Positions 1 through 9,136 of a stretch of 64,000 nucleotides of DNA are shown piece after piece. The position numbers and the translations under genes are program-made. Each line of letters begins with the position of its first letter. Within the stretch, counting starts at the first letter, position 1. Source of the DNA: Longimicrobiales bacterium. Its GTDB lineage: Bacteria > Gemmatimonadota > Gemmatimonadetes > Longimicrobiales > Gaopeijiaceae. The notes beneath the pieces were generated by a model. That model ran no database searches, was not told the origin of the DNA, and was given only the letters and a program-made list of their open reading frames with translations. The stretch is from contig CAXXKM010000003.1 in assembly GCA_963664435.2 (NCBI GenBank), positions 1,504,001-1,568,000 on the forward strand, given 5' to 3'.

Positions 1-717
1 GCGGATCCGGCGCAGGAAGTTCACTCCCCAAGTCTGTTCCTCCCGCTCTGGATCGAAGCGAAGTGTGGAAAACGGGATAGCCATCTCCACCGTCCATCCC
101 TGGTCGTGCACGCGCGCGGCGCGCTCAACGATTCCATCCCAGGGGATGTTGATGTCACGGCCATTGTCGAAGGTCTGGAGGTCGATGAAGGCGCCTCCGG
201 CATTCACGCCGAAGATGAAGGCGTTCCGGCGATCGAGATAGGTGTCGAGAGCGATCCCCAGAACGTCTCCATCGCCGGGAGGAAAATCCCGCCTCAGCGA
301 GTGCAGCGTAATGTCGCAGGGATCCCTCTCGTAGAGGACCGCGCTCACAAACAGATTCTCTTCGTCGAACGTCATGCGGACGACGGTCCTTTCGCTCGCC
401 GGGAACCCCGTGTTCGGCTTGGACTGCACAAATCCGGTGATGACTTCCGCCGCGTACCAGGAAGGCTCGTCCAGGACCGCGTCGATGGCGATGGCGCCTG
501 TTGCTCGCTGCACCCGGGTCACCGGCCTGGGTACCGTCTCGGGATCCACCTGCCCCCGAGGCGGTAGGCGGTCCGGCGGAGGCACGTCCTGGGCGGGGAC
601 CGTCGTGGGCGCCACGGCATGTGAGACACTGCAGAGCAGAGCAACCGCGCTCCAGTGCCTCATTGCTGCCCGCAATGCTGACAACGGTCGTCTGAACTCC
701 CTGGTGGCGACAAGCAT
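1..717 (-). CDS. DUF5916 / CBM9-like exported protein, N-terminal part (runs off the window)
   Basis: Not in the ORF track. Manual minus-strand translation from ATG 717 (or 663) is open to base 1: ...AIDAVLDEPSWYAAEVITGFVQSKPNTG...ERTVVRMTFDEENLFV...WDGIVERAARVHDQGWTVEMAIPFSTLRF...WGVNFLRRIR, the same motifs as the 9137-11926 protein. Confidence 0.8.
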   Translation of the reverse strand, partial: MLVATREFRRPLSALRAAMRHWSAVALLCSVSHAVAPTTVPAQDVPPPDRLPPRGQVDPETVPRPVTRVQRATGAIAIDAVLDEPSWYAAEVITGFVQSKPNTGFPASERTVVRMTFDEENLFVSAVLYERDPCDITLHSLRRDFPPGDGDVLGIALDTYLDRRNAFIFGVNAGGAFIDLQTFDNGRDINIPWDGIVERAARVHDQGWTVEMAIPFSTLRFDPEREEQTWGVNFLRRIR

Positions 718-897
718 GTCACGTCCTCTTTCTGGAACTGACGCTATGTTATGCCAGTCCTGCGGGGAAATCCATCGGCCGGATGTCCGCTTGGCTGGTA
801 TCGGCGGAGGGCATCAAGCTAGCTTGCAGGCATGACCTCGGGATACGGGCCGGCACTCCGCTTCTCACGCAGCTTCATGACGGGCTGGGCTCCCGTT

Positions 898-1953
898 ATG
901 GAGAGGGAGATCCACATCGAGCGCGACGGGCGCCGCCTGCCCGCTTCCCTGCTCCTCCCCCGCACGGCGGCCCGGCGCGCCCCTGCAGGCCCGCGCCGCC
1001 CGGTCCCCGTGTGGGTGGTCCTGCACGGCATCACCCGCTCGGGCCGCGGCCACCCCTACCTGGTCCGCTTCGCGCGCGCGGTTGCGTCGACCGGGCAGGC
1101 GGTGCTGGTGCCGGAAATCCCGGAGTGGCGGGGCATCCGGCTCTCCACCGGGGCCACCACCTCCACTGTCGCGGCCTCGCTGGAGGCCCTGGAGGGGCGG
1201 CCGGAGCTCGCATCACGACAGGTGGGGCTGGTCGGGTTCTCCTTCGGCGCGCCCCAGGTCATCATCGCCGCGGCCGACCCGTCGCTGGCCGGCCGCATCG
1301 CCGGGGTGGTGGCGTTCGGCGGCTACTGTTCGGTGGAGGAATCAGCCCGCTTCCAGTTCACCGGGGTCCACGAACTCGACGGCAGGGAGGAATCGCTCGC
1401 CCCCGACCCGTACGCACGCTGGGTCGTGGGCGCCAACTATCTCGATCGGATCCCGGGACACGAGAGCGCGGGAAGGGTGATGGAGGCACTGCGGGCGCTG
1501 GCCGCCTACACCGGCGACAACGACCTCCTGGCCACAGACCCCGGGATGGAACCCGTGCGGCAACGTCTGGCCCGGAGTCTCGACGCCGGCGAGCGGTCGC
1601 TGTTCGAGGCGATGGCGCCACCCACCGGCTCCCTCCCCGAACCGGTCGTGGGCGCGCGCCTGGCCGAGGGCCTGGGTGGGGTGATGGCGCACATCCCGGA
1701 GCTGAACCCCGTACCGTACCTGGGGCGCGTCACCGTTCCGGTGCGCCTCCTGCACGGGGCCGGGGACCAGCTCTTCCCATACACCCAGACCATCAAGTTG
1801 AGCAGGGTTTTCCCGGCCGGCGCCGACGTCACCACCACGGTCACCGGCCTGTTCGCCCACTCCTCCGGGCGCGAGCGCACGTCCCTCCTGCATACGACTT
1901 CGGAAGCGTTGCGCTTTCTGAACGCGCTCGCCAGCATCTTCCGGCTGATGTAA
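898..1953 (+). CDS. alpha/beta-hydrolase fold protein
   Basis: VVLHG, nucleophile elbow GFSFG, LLHGAGD and C-terminal His; likely start ATG 898 within ORF 832..1953. Confidence 0.7.
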   Translation: MEREIHIERDGRRLPASLLLPRTAARRAPAGPRRPVPVWVVLHGITRSGRGHPYLVRFARAVASTGQAVLVPEIPEWRGIRLSTGATTSTVAASLEALEGRPELASRQVGLVGFSFGAPQVIIAAADPSLAGRIAGVVAFGGYCSVEESARFQFTGVHELDGREESLAPDPYARWVVGANYLDRIPGHESAGRVMEALRALAAYTGDNDLLATDPGMEPVRQRLARSLDAGERSLFEAMAPPTGSLPEPVVGARLAEGLGGVMAHIPELNPVPYLGRVTVPVRLLHGAGDQLFPYTQTIKLSRVFPAGADVTTTVTGLFAHSSGRERTSLLHTTSEALRFLNALASIFRLM

Positions 1954-1987
1954 CCCGGCCGCTTCCCCCCGAACCCCGCAGCGATCC

Positions 1988-2761
1988 GTGACTCGCCCGC
2001 ACACCCCGGCCAACCCCCGGCGACCGACGCCATCCGTCGCCGGCTGGGTGCGGCGGGCGGGCGGCGTCCGCTGGTTCATCCAGCGCTTCGGCTTCGCGCA
2101 GCTTTTCCTGAAGCCGGCGCGCCGGGTACTGGCCCCGCTGATCATTCCGATGCTCCGTGAGCGTTCTGTCGAATACCGGGGCGCGTCCCTCCCGCTCGTC
2201 TACGCCCGCCACAACGTGACCTGGGCCAACGAGCGCTGCGTGGAGCTGGCGCTGGCCCGCGCGCTCATGGCAGGGGTCCGGCCCCGGCGGCTCCTGGAGG
2301 TGGGCCACGTCACACCGCACTACTTCCGGAGCGGCCACCTGGTCGTGGACAAGTACGAGCCGGGTTCGCTCGAAGTCGACATCGTGGACTTCGAGCCCGC
2401 CGAGCGCTTCGACCTGATCCTTTCGATCTCGACCTTCGAGCACATCTCCTTCGACGAGCCCGGGGCAGCCCCGGCGCTGGAGACAGTCGCCGCCAAGGTG
2501 GCCGCCGCACTGGACAGATGCCGCAGCCTGCTCGGGCCGGGCGGACTCCTTGCCATCACCGTGCCGCTCGGCTACAACCCCGCCCTGGACGCCATGATCG
2601 CCAGCGGCGAGCTGGGCTGGGATCGCGCGAGCTGGTTCAAGCGGTTTCCGCGCCGGCGCTGGCGGCACGTATCCCCGTCCGAAGCCGCCGGCTGCCGATA
2701 CGGTAGCCCCTACGCCTTCGCCAACGCCATTCTGCTCGCCGAATGGGACGCCGCAGGCTAG
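1988..2761 (+). CDS. class I SAM-dependent methyltransferase-like protein
   Basis: LLEVG motif I variant, FDLILSISTFEHI, LLGPGGLLAITVP. Confidence 0.65.
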   Translation: MTRPHTPANPRRPTPSVAGWVRRAGGVRWFIQRFGFAQLFLKPARRVLAPLIIPMLRERSVEYRGASLPLVYARHNVTWANERCVELALARALMAGVRPRRLLEVGHVTPHYFRSGHLVVDKYEPGSLEVDIVDFEPAERFDLILSISTFEHISFDEPGAAPALETVAAKVAAALDRCRSLLGPGGLLAITVPLGYNPALDAMIASGELGWDRASWFKRFPRRRWRHVSPSEAAGCRYGSPYAFANAILLAEWDAAG

Positions 2762-2867
2762 CCGGCCGTCCTGCCGCCGCGGCGCTCTCGCCGCGCATGA
2801 TATTGTCAGTAACTCAACAGTTATTTCATCAGTAGTCACCAGTCGCGTTCTCGGCGCCCGGGAGCGC

Positions 2868-3461
2868 ATGTCTTCCACTGGAGGAGTTGGACGCGCGATG
2901 CCTTCGGAACCCGCATACCCCGTGACGTCCCGAATCAAGTCCCTCATCCGCATGGTGCCGGACTTCCCCAGCCCCGGCATCCGCTTCCGCGATGTCATGG
3001 GACTGGTCGAGGACCCGGAGGGTCTCGAGGAGGCCACCGAGACCCTGACACGGAGGTTCGCTCCGGAAGCGCCGGACGCCGTGGCCGGGATCGACGCGCG
3101 CGGCTTCATCTTCGGCGTCCCGGTGGCGCAGCGGCTGGGCGTCGGGTTCGTGCCGGTGCGGAAGGCGGGGAAGCTGCCCGGCGAGGTGGTGGGCGTCGAC
3201 TACGCGCTCGAGTACGGGACGGGGCGCCTGGAGATGCAGACCGGCTCCATCCGCGAGGGGATGCGCGTCCTGCTCATCGACGACCTGGTCGCCACCGGCG
3301 GGAGCGCGGCGGCGGCGATCGAGCTGATCCGCGGCATGAGAGGCGAGGTGGTGGGAGCCGGCTTCGTCGTGGAGCTGCCCGAACTCCCCGGGCGCAAGCG
3401 GCTGGAGGCGCTGGATGTCGAGGTCTTCGCGCTGTGCACGTTTTTCGACGCCGATCCCTGA
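2868..3461 (+). CDS. apt: adenine phosphoribosyltransferase
   Basis: PDFPSPGIRFRD, GIDARGF, RKAGKLPG, YALEYG, PRPP motif LIDDLVATGGS. Confidence 0.95.
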   Translation: MSSTGGVGRAMPSEPAYPVTSRIKSLIRMVPDFPSPGIRFRDVMGLVEDPEGLEEATETLTRRFAPEAPDAVAGIDARGFIFGVPVAQRLGVGFVPVRKAGKLPGEVVGVDYALEYGTGRLEMQTGSIREGMRVLLIDDLVATGGSAAAAIELIRGMRGEVVGAGFVVELPELPGRKRLEALDVEVFALCTFFDADP

Positions 3462-3603
3462 GCCGTCCGGCGCGGCGACGCGGCGAGGCAAGCGCCCATC
3501 GTCGACCGGCGCCGCCTGAATGTCGCGGATTCCCCGTCGGCTCCGACCGAACCTCCGATCGCCCCACCGGCCGTCGCCGCCGGGCAACCCACCGGGTCGC
3601 GAC

Positions 3604-4167
3604 TCAGCGGGCCCGCGGAAAGATATCCGGCGGAGGCACGTGGAAGGCGCCGGGGAACCCGTCTTCCACCAGCTTGAGTTTGCCGGTCCACTCCTCGATG
3701 TCGATCCTGTAGACGCTGGTGCGCCTCAGCTCACCCCCGGTGATGGCGCGGTAGTCGCGGCCCGGCCGCAGCTCGGGGGCGTACTTGTCGAGAAGCATCT
3801 GCAGCGCCGCGCGCGCCTCCGCGGGATCCTCCACCAGCCCTCCCGTCCCGAACGCCGTCGCGCTGGCGAATTCGACGCTGAACTCCAGCGCCTCGTCCGC
3901 CGGCAGCAGCCGGCCCATCTCGAAGGCCGAGAAACACACCGGCGCCGGGCGGGAAAGGTTGTCGCGGGTCAGCCCGGTGCGCGCGGTGTGGATGTAGATG
4001 GCATGGCGGCCGGGATCGTACACGAACAGATTGCTGTTCACGAGCGGCTGCTCGCCGCGGGTCATCGCGAGAACCCCGACGCGCGCCTGCCTGATGAAAT
4101 CCCGGGTCCAGGCGTCGTCCCCGGCCCGGTCCCGCCGGCGGATTTCCGTCCTTCCCCGTTCCGGCAC
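3604..4167 (-). CDS. pyridoxamine 5'-phosphate oxidase / NimA-like flavin-binding protein
   Basis: IRRRDRA, IYIHTARTG, PVCFS, KYAP, IEEWTGK; likely GTG start 4167. Confidence 0.75.
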   Translation of the reverse strand: MPERGRTEIRRRDRAGDDAWTRDFIRQARVGVLAMTRGEQPLVNSNLFVYDPGRHAIYIHTARTGLTRDNLSRPAPVCFSAFEMGRLLPADEALEFSVEFASATAFGTGGLVEDPAEARAALQMLLDKYAPELRPGRDYRAITGGELRRTSVYRIDIEEWTGKLKLVEDGFPGAFHVPPPDIFPRAR

Positions 4168-4171
4168 CCCG

Positions 4172-5149
4172 CTAGATCTCCAATTCCACGCCGATCCCCG
4201 CGGCGCGCGCCCTGTCGTAGATGAGCCTCGCCGTGGCCATGTCCTCGAGCGCCAGCCCCAGATGGATCGCAATGATGCGGTCCCCGTCCGCGCGGCGTCC
4301 CGGGGCCTTGCCCGCGATGACGTCGCTCAACTCGGCGTGGGGCGTGGGCGTGTCGCGGAAATAGCCGCTCCCGCTCTGGTAGTAGGAAAACTGCGCGGTA
4401 TCGTCGGTGGTCAGCAGATCCGCCTCGCGAAACGCGTCCGCCTGCCAGTAGGAGTCGAAGTCCAGGGGGCATGCGAAGGCGCCGGGCGAGAGCCAGCCGG
4501 GAGGGATGGCGGGGTCGGGATCGAGCAGGATGGGGCCGCTGGTCACGACGATGTCCATCCCGCGTACCGCCTCCGCCACGGTTGCGACCGGCCGCACCTC
4601 GACGCCCATGCGCTCGCCCATCTCTTCGGCATAGGCGTGCAGCGCGGCCTCGTCGATGTCGTAGGCGTGTACGCGCTCCACCGGGAACAGCGTGCAGAAG
4701 GCCTCCAGGTTGCTGCGTCCCTGTACGCCGCAGGCAACGATGCCGACGCTGGAGGCATCCTGCCGCGCCAGGTACTTCCCCGCCAGCGCCGATGCGGCCC
4801 CGGTGCGCATGGCCGTGATCCAGGTCGCGTCCATCACCGCGAGCGGGAGCCCGCTGTCCGGGTCGTTCAGGAGGATCAGCCCGGTGATGTAGGGCAGTCC
4901 GTTCGCGGGATTTCCCGGATAGGCGGAAATCCACTTGATCCCGGCGGCGTCCTGCCGCTCGACGTAGGCCGGCATCGCGTGCAGGAACGAGTCCGGGCGC
5001 GGATGGATTCCCGGCTTGGGCGGCATCTCCACGCGTCCCGCCGCCTTCTCCCGGAACATGAACTCCAGCGCGTCGATGATCTCCGCCATGGAGACGCCGA
5101 CGTGCTCGACATGGACGCGCGACAGGTAGAGGATGTTTCGCTGCGACAT
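4172..5149 (-). CDS. ornithine cyclodeaminase / mu-crystallin family protein
   Basis: HAMPAY, GIKWIS, ITAMRTGAASA, GLALED. Confidence 0.9.
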   Translation of the reverse strand: MSQRNILYLSRVHVEHVGVSMAEIIDALEFMFREKAAGRVEMPPKPGIHPRPDSFLHAMPAYVERQDAAGIKWISAYPGNPANGLPYITGLILLNDPDSGLPLAVMDATWITAMRTGAASALAGKYLARQDASSVGIVACGVQGRSNLEAFCTLFPVERVHAYDIDEAALHAYAEEMGERMGVEVRPVATVAEAVRGMDIVVTSGPILLDPDPAIPPGWLSPGAFACPLDFDSYWQADAFREADLLTTDDTAQFSYYQSGSGYFRDTPTPHAELSDVIAGKAPGRRADGDRIIAIHLGLALEDMATARLIYDRARAAGIGVELEI

Positions 5150-5180
5150 GAGGCTTGTCTCGGGTAAGGGCGGGGGCAGT

Positions 5181-7316
5181 CTACTCGGGAGGTGCCAGGA
5201 CGGTCACTTCTTCCATGACGGCCCCCTCCAGCACGCCGTCGACGACCTCCATCCCTTCCACCACCCGGGCGATGATGGTGTAGTTGTGGTCGAGACGGGG
5301 GTTGTCCACCAGGTTCACGAAGATCTGGCCGTCGCCGGTGTCTCGCCCCCGGGTCGAGATGCCGACGGTGCCGCGCACGTGCGAGCGCATGGTCAGCTCG
5401 TCGCGGGTGTAGGGTCCGTCCCCGTGGTACTCGTTCGCCCCCGGGCTGCCTCCCTGGATGACGAAGTTGGGAACCACCCGGTGGAAGGTGAGACCGTCGA
5501 AGTATCCTTCGCGCGCCAGGCGGACGAAGCGCGCCGTGTTGGCGGGCGACTCGAACGGGAGAAGCTCGAGAACCATCTCGCCGCCCCCCTCCATGCGGAT
5601 CACCGCCCGGGAAGCGGCCATCTCGCGCATCTCCGCCAGGGTGGGCATGGGCGCGCGCTCCGGGGGCGACGGGCGAGCCCAGCGAAGGTCGCTTCCGGTC
5701 CAGTCGTTGCGGAGGAATTCGGCGACCCGGGCAACGACCGGATCGTAGTCCTCCATGTAGGGCTGCACGCGGTCGAGGTGCTCCACGGCACCCAGCTCCC
5801 GTATTCTCTGCAGGAGTTCCAGGCGCACGTCCCGGTGGGTTTCCCTTCGGTCCGCGCTCATGCGCTCGAGCGCATCGAAGGCCGCCGGCAGCACATCCGG
5901 ATGCGTGCTCCCCGCCAGCGATCGACTCGCGGTCAGCACCAACTGAGGATCGTCCGCGCCCAGTGCGTCGACGTATACCGAGTCGGCGTCGTGGCCCACC
6001 AGCGGCGCGAGCCCGGCGATGGCAGCCTGACGCACATTCCAGTGCTCGTCTCCGGCCAGCGTCAGCAGGTCGGGGACGAGTTCCAGCCGGGCCGCGGCGC
6101 GCGCGGCGTACATGCGCATCTGCCAGACCGGATGGGCGGAGAACGACGGCAGCCGGCGGCCCGCGGTGAAGGGGGAGACCCCGGCCAGCGCCACCAGGCC
6201 GTGCGCTGCCCGGTGCCAGTCCCCGGCCGAGACGGAATCGCCCCGCAGCACCAGTGTATCGAGAGGCGCCAGTGCGGTCTCCGGCGGACAGCCGGCGAGG
6301 CGGTCGATGGCCTCGAGAGCCACGTGCGCGCCGGGGTCCTGCGCCAGCGCCACCAGCTCCGCACAGGCCTGGCTCCCGTCCACCCGTTCGCTCAGGGCTC
6401 TCACCGCCTCCACCCGCACAAGGTGGCTCGTGTCGGCGAGCGCCCGGGCGAGGGGTGCCCGCACCTCGTCGAGCACGCCCTGCCCGATGGCGAGCACGGC
6501 GAGGCGGCGCACCTGCGCGTCCTCGTCGGCCAGCGCGGCCGCGACCACGTCGTCCGCAGGTCCTCCCGCACCCGCGAGTGCCGCCACCGCGAGCCGGCGC
6601 ACCTGCGCCCCCTCCTCGCCCTCCGCCCCCCGGTAGCGGGCCAACTGCCCGAGCGCGGCCACGACGGGCGGGGGCGGGGCGAACTGCGACTGCGTACGAA
6701 CCAGGTTTTCGAGCGCGCGGGACCCGCCAAGGATGACGGGGTGGGGCACGTTGCGCAGGTTGACGGCGCCGCCGCCGGCCAGCCCCGCGACCAGGTTCTG
6801 GAGCAGCAGGTCGTAGGCCTGCCCCACGTCATCGGGGTCCTGGTACGAGAGCCGGCCCATCGCCTCGAGCACCGCGCCGCGCACCTCCGGCTCCCTCTCG
6901 TGGGGCAGGTAGTTCATCAGCGCAACCATCGCCCGCCGGGGATCGCTGCCGGCAACGGCCTGGGCGCTGGCGTTGACGGCCTCGGCCCGAATATCGGCGT
7001 ACGGGCTCTCCAGCATGGACCCGATGTCCACCAGCACCGAAGGATTCTCCTGGCGCCCCAGCGCGCGCACGGCGATCCGCTGCACCTCCGGGTCGGGCCA
7101 GGAGATGCCCTCCAGGAACGTGAAGTGCGCGGCGGGATCGTCGGCCCGGGAGTCCTCGGTCTCGAGGACGCGGTGGAGTATCTCTTCGCTCCCGGCGAGC
7201 AGCCGGAGATCCGCCGCATCGTCTCCTTCCCCGCACCCCGCGGCGAGGACGCCACAAAGGGCAGCCGCGCAGGGGAGGAATCTCCCTCGCCGGAAGCGTC
7301 GCTGTAGTTCGAGCAT
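5181..7316 (-). CDS. HEAT-repeat lipoprotein with C-terminal cyclophilin-type peptidylprolyl isomerase
   Basis: Lipobox LAAGC, multiple VRxxAVxALG HEAT repeats, FDGLTFHRVVPNFVIQGG...QIFVNL...LDHNYT. Confidence 0.85.
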   Translation of the reverse strand: MLELQRRFRRGRFLPCAAALCGVLAAGCGEGDDAADLRLLAGSEEILHRVLETEDSRADDPAAHFTFLEGISWPDPEVQRIAVRALGRQENPSVLVDIGSMLESPYADIRAEAVNASAQAVAGSDPRRAMVALMNYLPHEREPEVRGAVLEAMGRLSYQDPDDVGQAYDLLLQNLVAGLAGGGAVNLRNVPHPVILGGSRALENLVRTQSQFAPPPPVVAALGQLARYRGAEGEEGAQVRRLAVAALAGAGGPADDVVAAALADEDAQVRRLAVLAIGQGVLDEVRAPLARALADTSHLVRVEAVRALSERVDGSQACAELVALAQDPGAHVALEAIDRLAGCPPETALAPLDTLVLRGDSVSAGDWHRAAHGLVALAGVSPFTAGRRLPSFSAHPVWQMRMYAARAAARLELVPDLLTLAGDEHWNVRQAAIAGLAPLVGHDADSVYVDALGADDPQLVLTASRSLAGSTHPDVLPAAFDALERMSADRRETHRDVRLELLQRIRELGAVEHLDRVQPYMEDYDPVVARVAEFLRNDWTGSDLRWARPSPPERAPMPTLAEMREMAASRAVIRMEGGGEMVLELLPFESPANTARFVRLAREGYFDGLTFHRVVPNFVIQGGSPGANEYHGDGPYTRDELTMRSHVRGTVGISTRGRDTGDGQIFVNLVDNPRLDHNYTIIARVVEGMEVVDGVLEGAVMEEVTVLAPPE

Positions 7317-7511
7317 CCCGTCTCGCCTTGTCGTGGTTCGTTCCTGCCGGCCCGATTGCCTTTCTTCGCTCCCCGGCCCGGTACCCTGCATCCCGGCGCA
7401 GCGTTCGCCTGTAGCGAAACACGGGATAGATTAGAGTACGTAGCCCCGTTGACAAGAATCGCGCGCGCTGGTCCCGCGACCCACGATCCCCGAAACACCG
7501 GACGCGACACG

Positions 7512-9110
7512 ATGGCGACCGCTACCACGGCCACCGGTCTCGACACCTCACTCGCCGATTCGCTTCGCCAGGCGCTACGCCGCCTGCGCGGCCGCGCCAC
7601 GGTAGGCGATGTCATGGCCTCCACCGGACTCGCGCAGGCGGACGCGGAAAGCGGCCTCAAGAAGCTGCTGGAAACCTATCAGGGACACGTCGAAGTCGGC
7701 GAACAGGGCGACCTCGTGTACGCCTTCCAGCGCCGTCTTCTGCGGCGCGACCACACGCCCCTCTGGGTCCGCTTCCGCTCAACCGCCGCCCGCGTGCTCA
7801 AGACCGCCTTCAAGGTCTGGATCGTGGTCATGCTGGTGGTCTATTTCGTCGTCTTCGTGACCCTGCTGATCGCCGCCCTGATCGCCGCATCGCGCGGAAA
7901 CGATCGCAACGGCGGCTCCATTCTGGGCGGTGGACGGCACCGCGGCGGAGGGTTCAACTTCCCCTTCCTGTTCTGGATCTGGGCCCCGGACTGGCGCCTC
8001 GGCCAGCCCTACTACGGCAACCGCTTCGAGCGCCGGAGCGGGAAGAAGGTGCCTTTCTACAAGAAGGTGTTCGCCTTCGTCTTCGGCCCGGACCGGCCGC
8101 GCCCGAGCCTGCTCGACCGCGACCGCGGCGTCATCCGCCTCATCCGGGCGCGCAAGGGGACGCTCACCGTGCCCGAGCTCGTACGTCACACCGGGCTGCC
8201 GGTCCCGGAAGCGGAAGAGGAGATGGGCCGGCTGATGGGAGCCTACGGCGGAGACGTGCACGTCTCCCGGGAAGGCGAGCTGGTCTACAGCTTCGCCGAT
8301 CTGCTGGTGAGCGCGCACGGGCGGGTTAAGGTGCGCGAGCCTGCTCCGGCGTGGCAGCGGCTCGAGAAGGCCGCCGACTTTACCGGCAACAAGACCGGGA
8401 CAAACGTGCTCGTCGGTTCGCTGAACGGCTTCAATCTGCTGGCCGCGCTCACCGCGCCCGTCCTCATCTTCCCGCCGCTGGGGCTGGGCGGGCTGGGGGC
8501 CGAAATCGGCCTGATCTGGGTCCCGGCGGTCTTCAGCACGCTCTTCTTCGCGGTGCCGCTCGGCAGATGGTTCGGCCACAGGGCCGAAAACGCCCGCCGC
8601 CGGCTGCGCAACGTGCGCAAGGTGCTGCTGGGAATGGTCTTTCGTCAGAGCCTCGGGAGCGCGGCTCCCCTCTCGACGGAGCGCGCCACGGACGATGTGC
8701 GCATCGCGCTGGTGGACCCGGACATCGGCGCGGCGGACGTGCGCAACCAGCTCCAGAAGATGTCCGCCGAATTCGACGCCGAGGTCGAGCCCGCCGATTC
8801 CGGCCAGATCACCTATCGCTTCCCCGCGATCCGCTCCGCCCTCCTCGGAGGGGAAGAGGTGCGGTCCGCGCTCCGCCTCGACAAGCGCCGGGTGGGCCGG
8901 GTGGTCTACTCGAGCGGGGACACCCCGGAGGAGGAATCGGCGCGCGCCCTGGCCAACTTCGACCGCGAGCTGCGCAGGTCCGTGTCCGCCTCCGACAAGG
9001 TGCGCTACCTCGACGACTTCGAGCTCGCCGGCATCGACGCTCCTGCCCCGACGGGACATCGCGTGAAGCCGGGGCGTCCGGCGAGGCCGAAGCGCTCCCG
9101 GAGGTGGTAG
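7512..9110 (+). CDS. membrane protein with three repeated helix/beta-hairpin domains
   Basis: ATG 7512; hydrophobic TM segments; repeated motif TVxDVxxxTGL...GxVEV...GxLVYxF. Confidence 0.7.
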   Translation: MATATTATGLDTSLADSLRQALRRLRGRATVGDVMASTGLAQADAESGLKKLLETYQGHVEVGEQGDLVYAFQRRLLRRDHTPLWVRFRSTAARVLKTAFKVWIVVMLVVYFVVFVTLLIAALIAASRGNDRNGGSILGGGRHRGGGFNFPFLFWIWAPDWRLGQPYYGNRFERRSGKKVPFYKKVFAFVFGPDRPRPSLLDRDRGVIRLIRARKGTLTVPELVRHTGLPVPEAEEEMGRLMGAYGGDVHVSREGELVYSFADLLVSAHGRVKVREPAPAWQRLEKAADFTGNKTGTNVLVGSLNGFNLLAALTAPVLIFPPLGLGGLGAEIGLIWVPAVFSTLFFAVPLGRWFGHRAENARRRLRNVRKVLLGMVFRQSLGSAAPLSTERATDDVRIALVDPDIGAADVRNQLQKMSAEFDAEVEPADSGQITYRFPAIRSALLGGEEVRSALRLDKRRVGRVVYSSGDTPEEESARALANFDRELRRSVSASDKVRYLDDFELAGIDAPAPTGHRVKPGRPARPKRSRRW

Positions 9111-9136
9111 TCCGGTCCGGCGCGACGGGTCTGCGG

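Noticed and set aside
5133..7307. Long antisense ORFs (also 9005..11044, 18388..20319, 42327..44798, 48456..50720)
   Set aside because: Typical high-GC shadow ORFs opposite well-supported genes
8351..9136. Extended N-termini in the ORF track (also 15647..18241, 40337..42382, 55833..58448)
   Set aside because: They overlap other real genes; downstream starts with signal peptides or an RBS fit better
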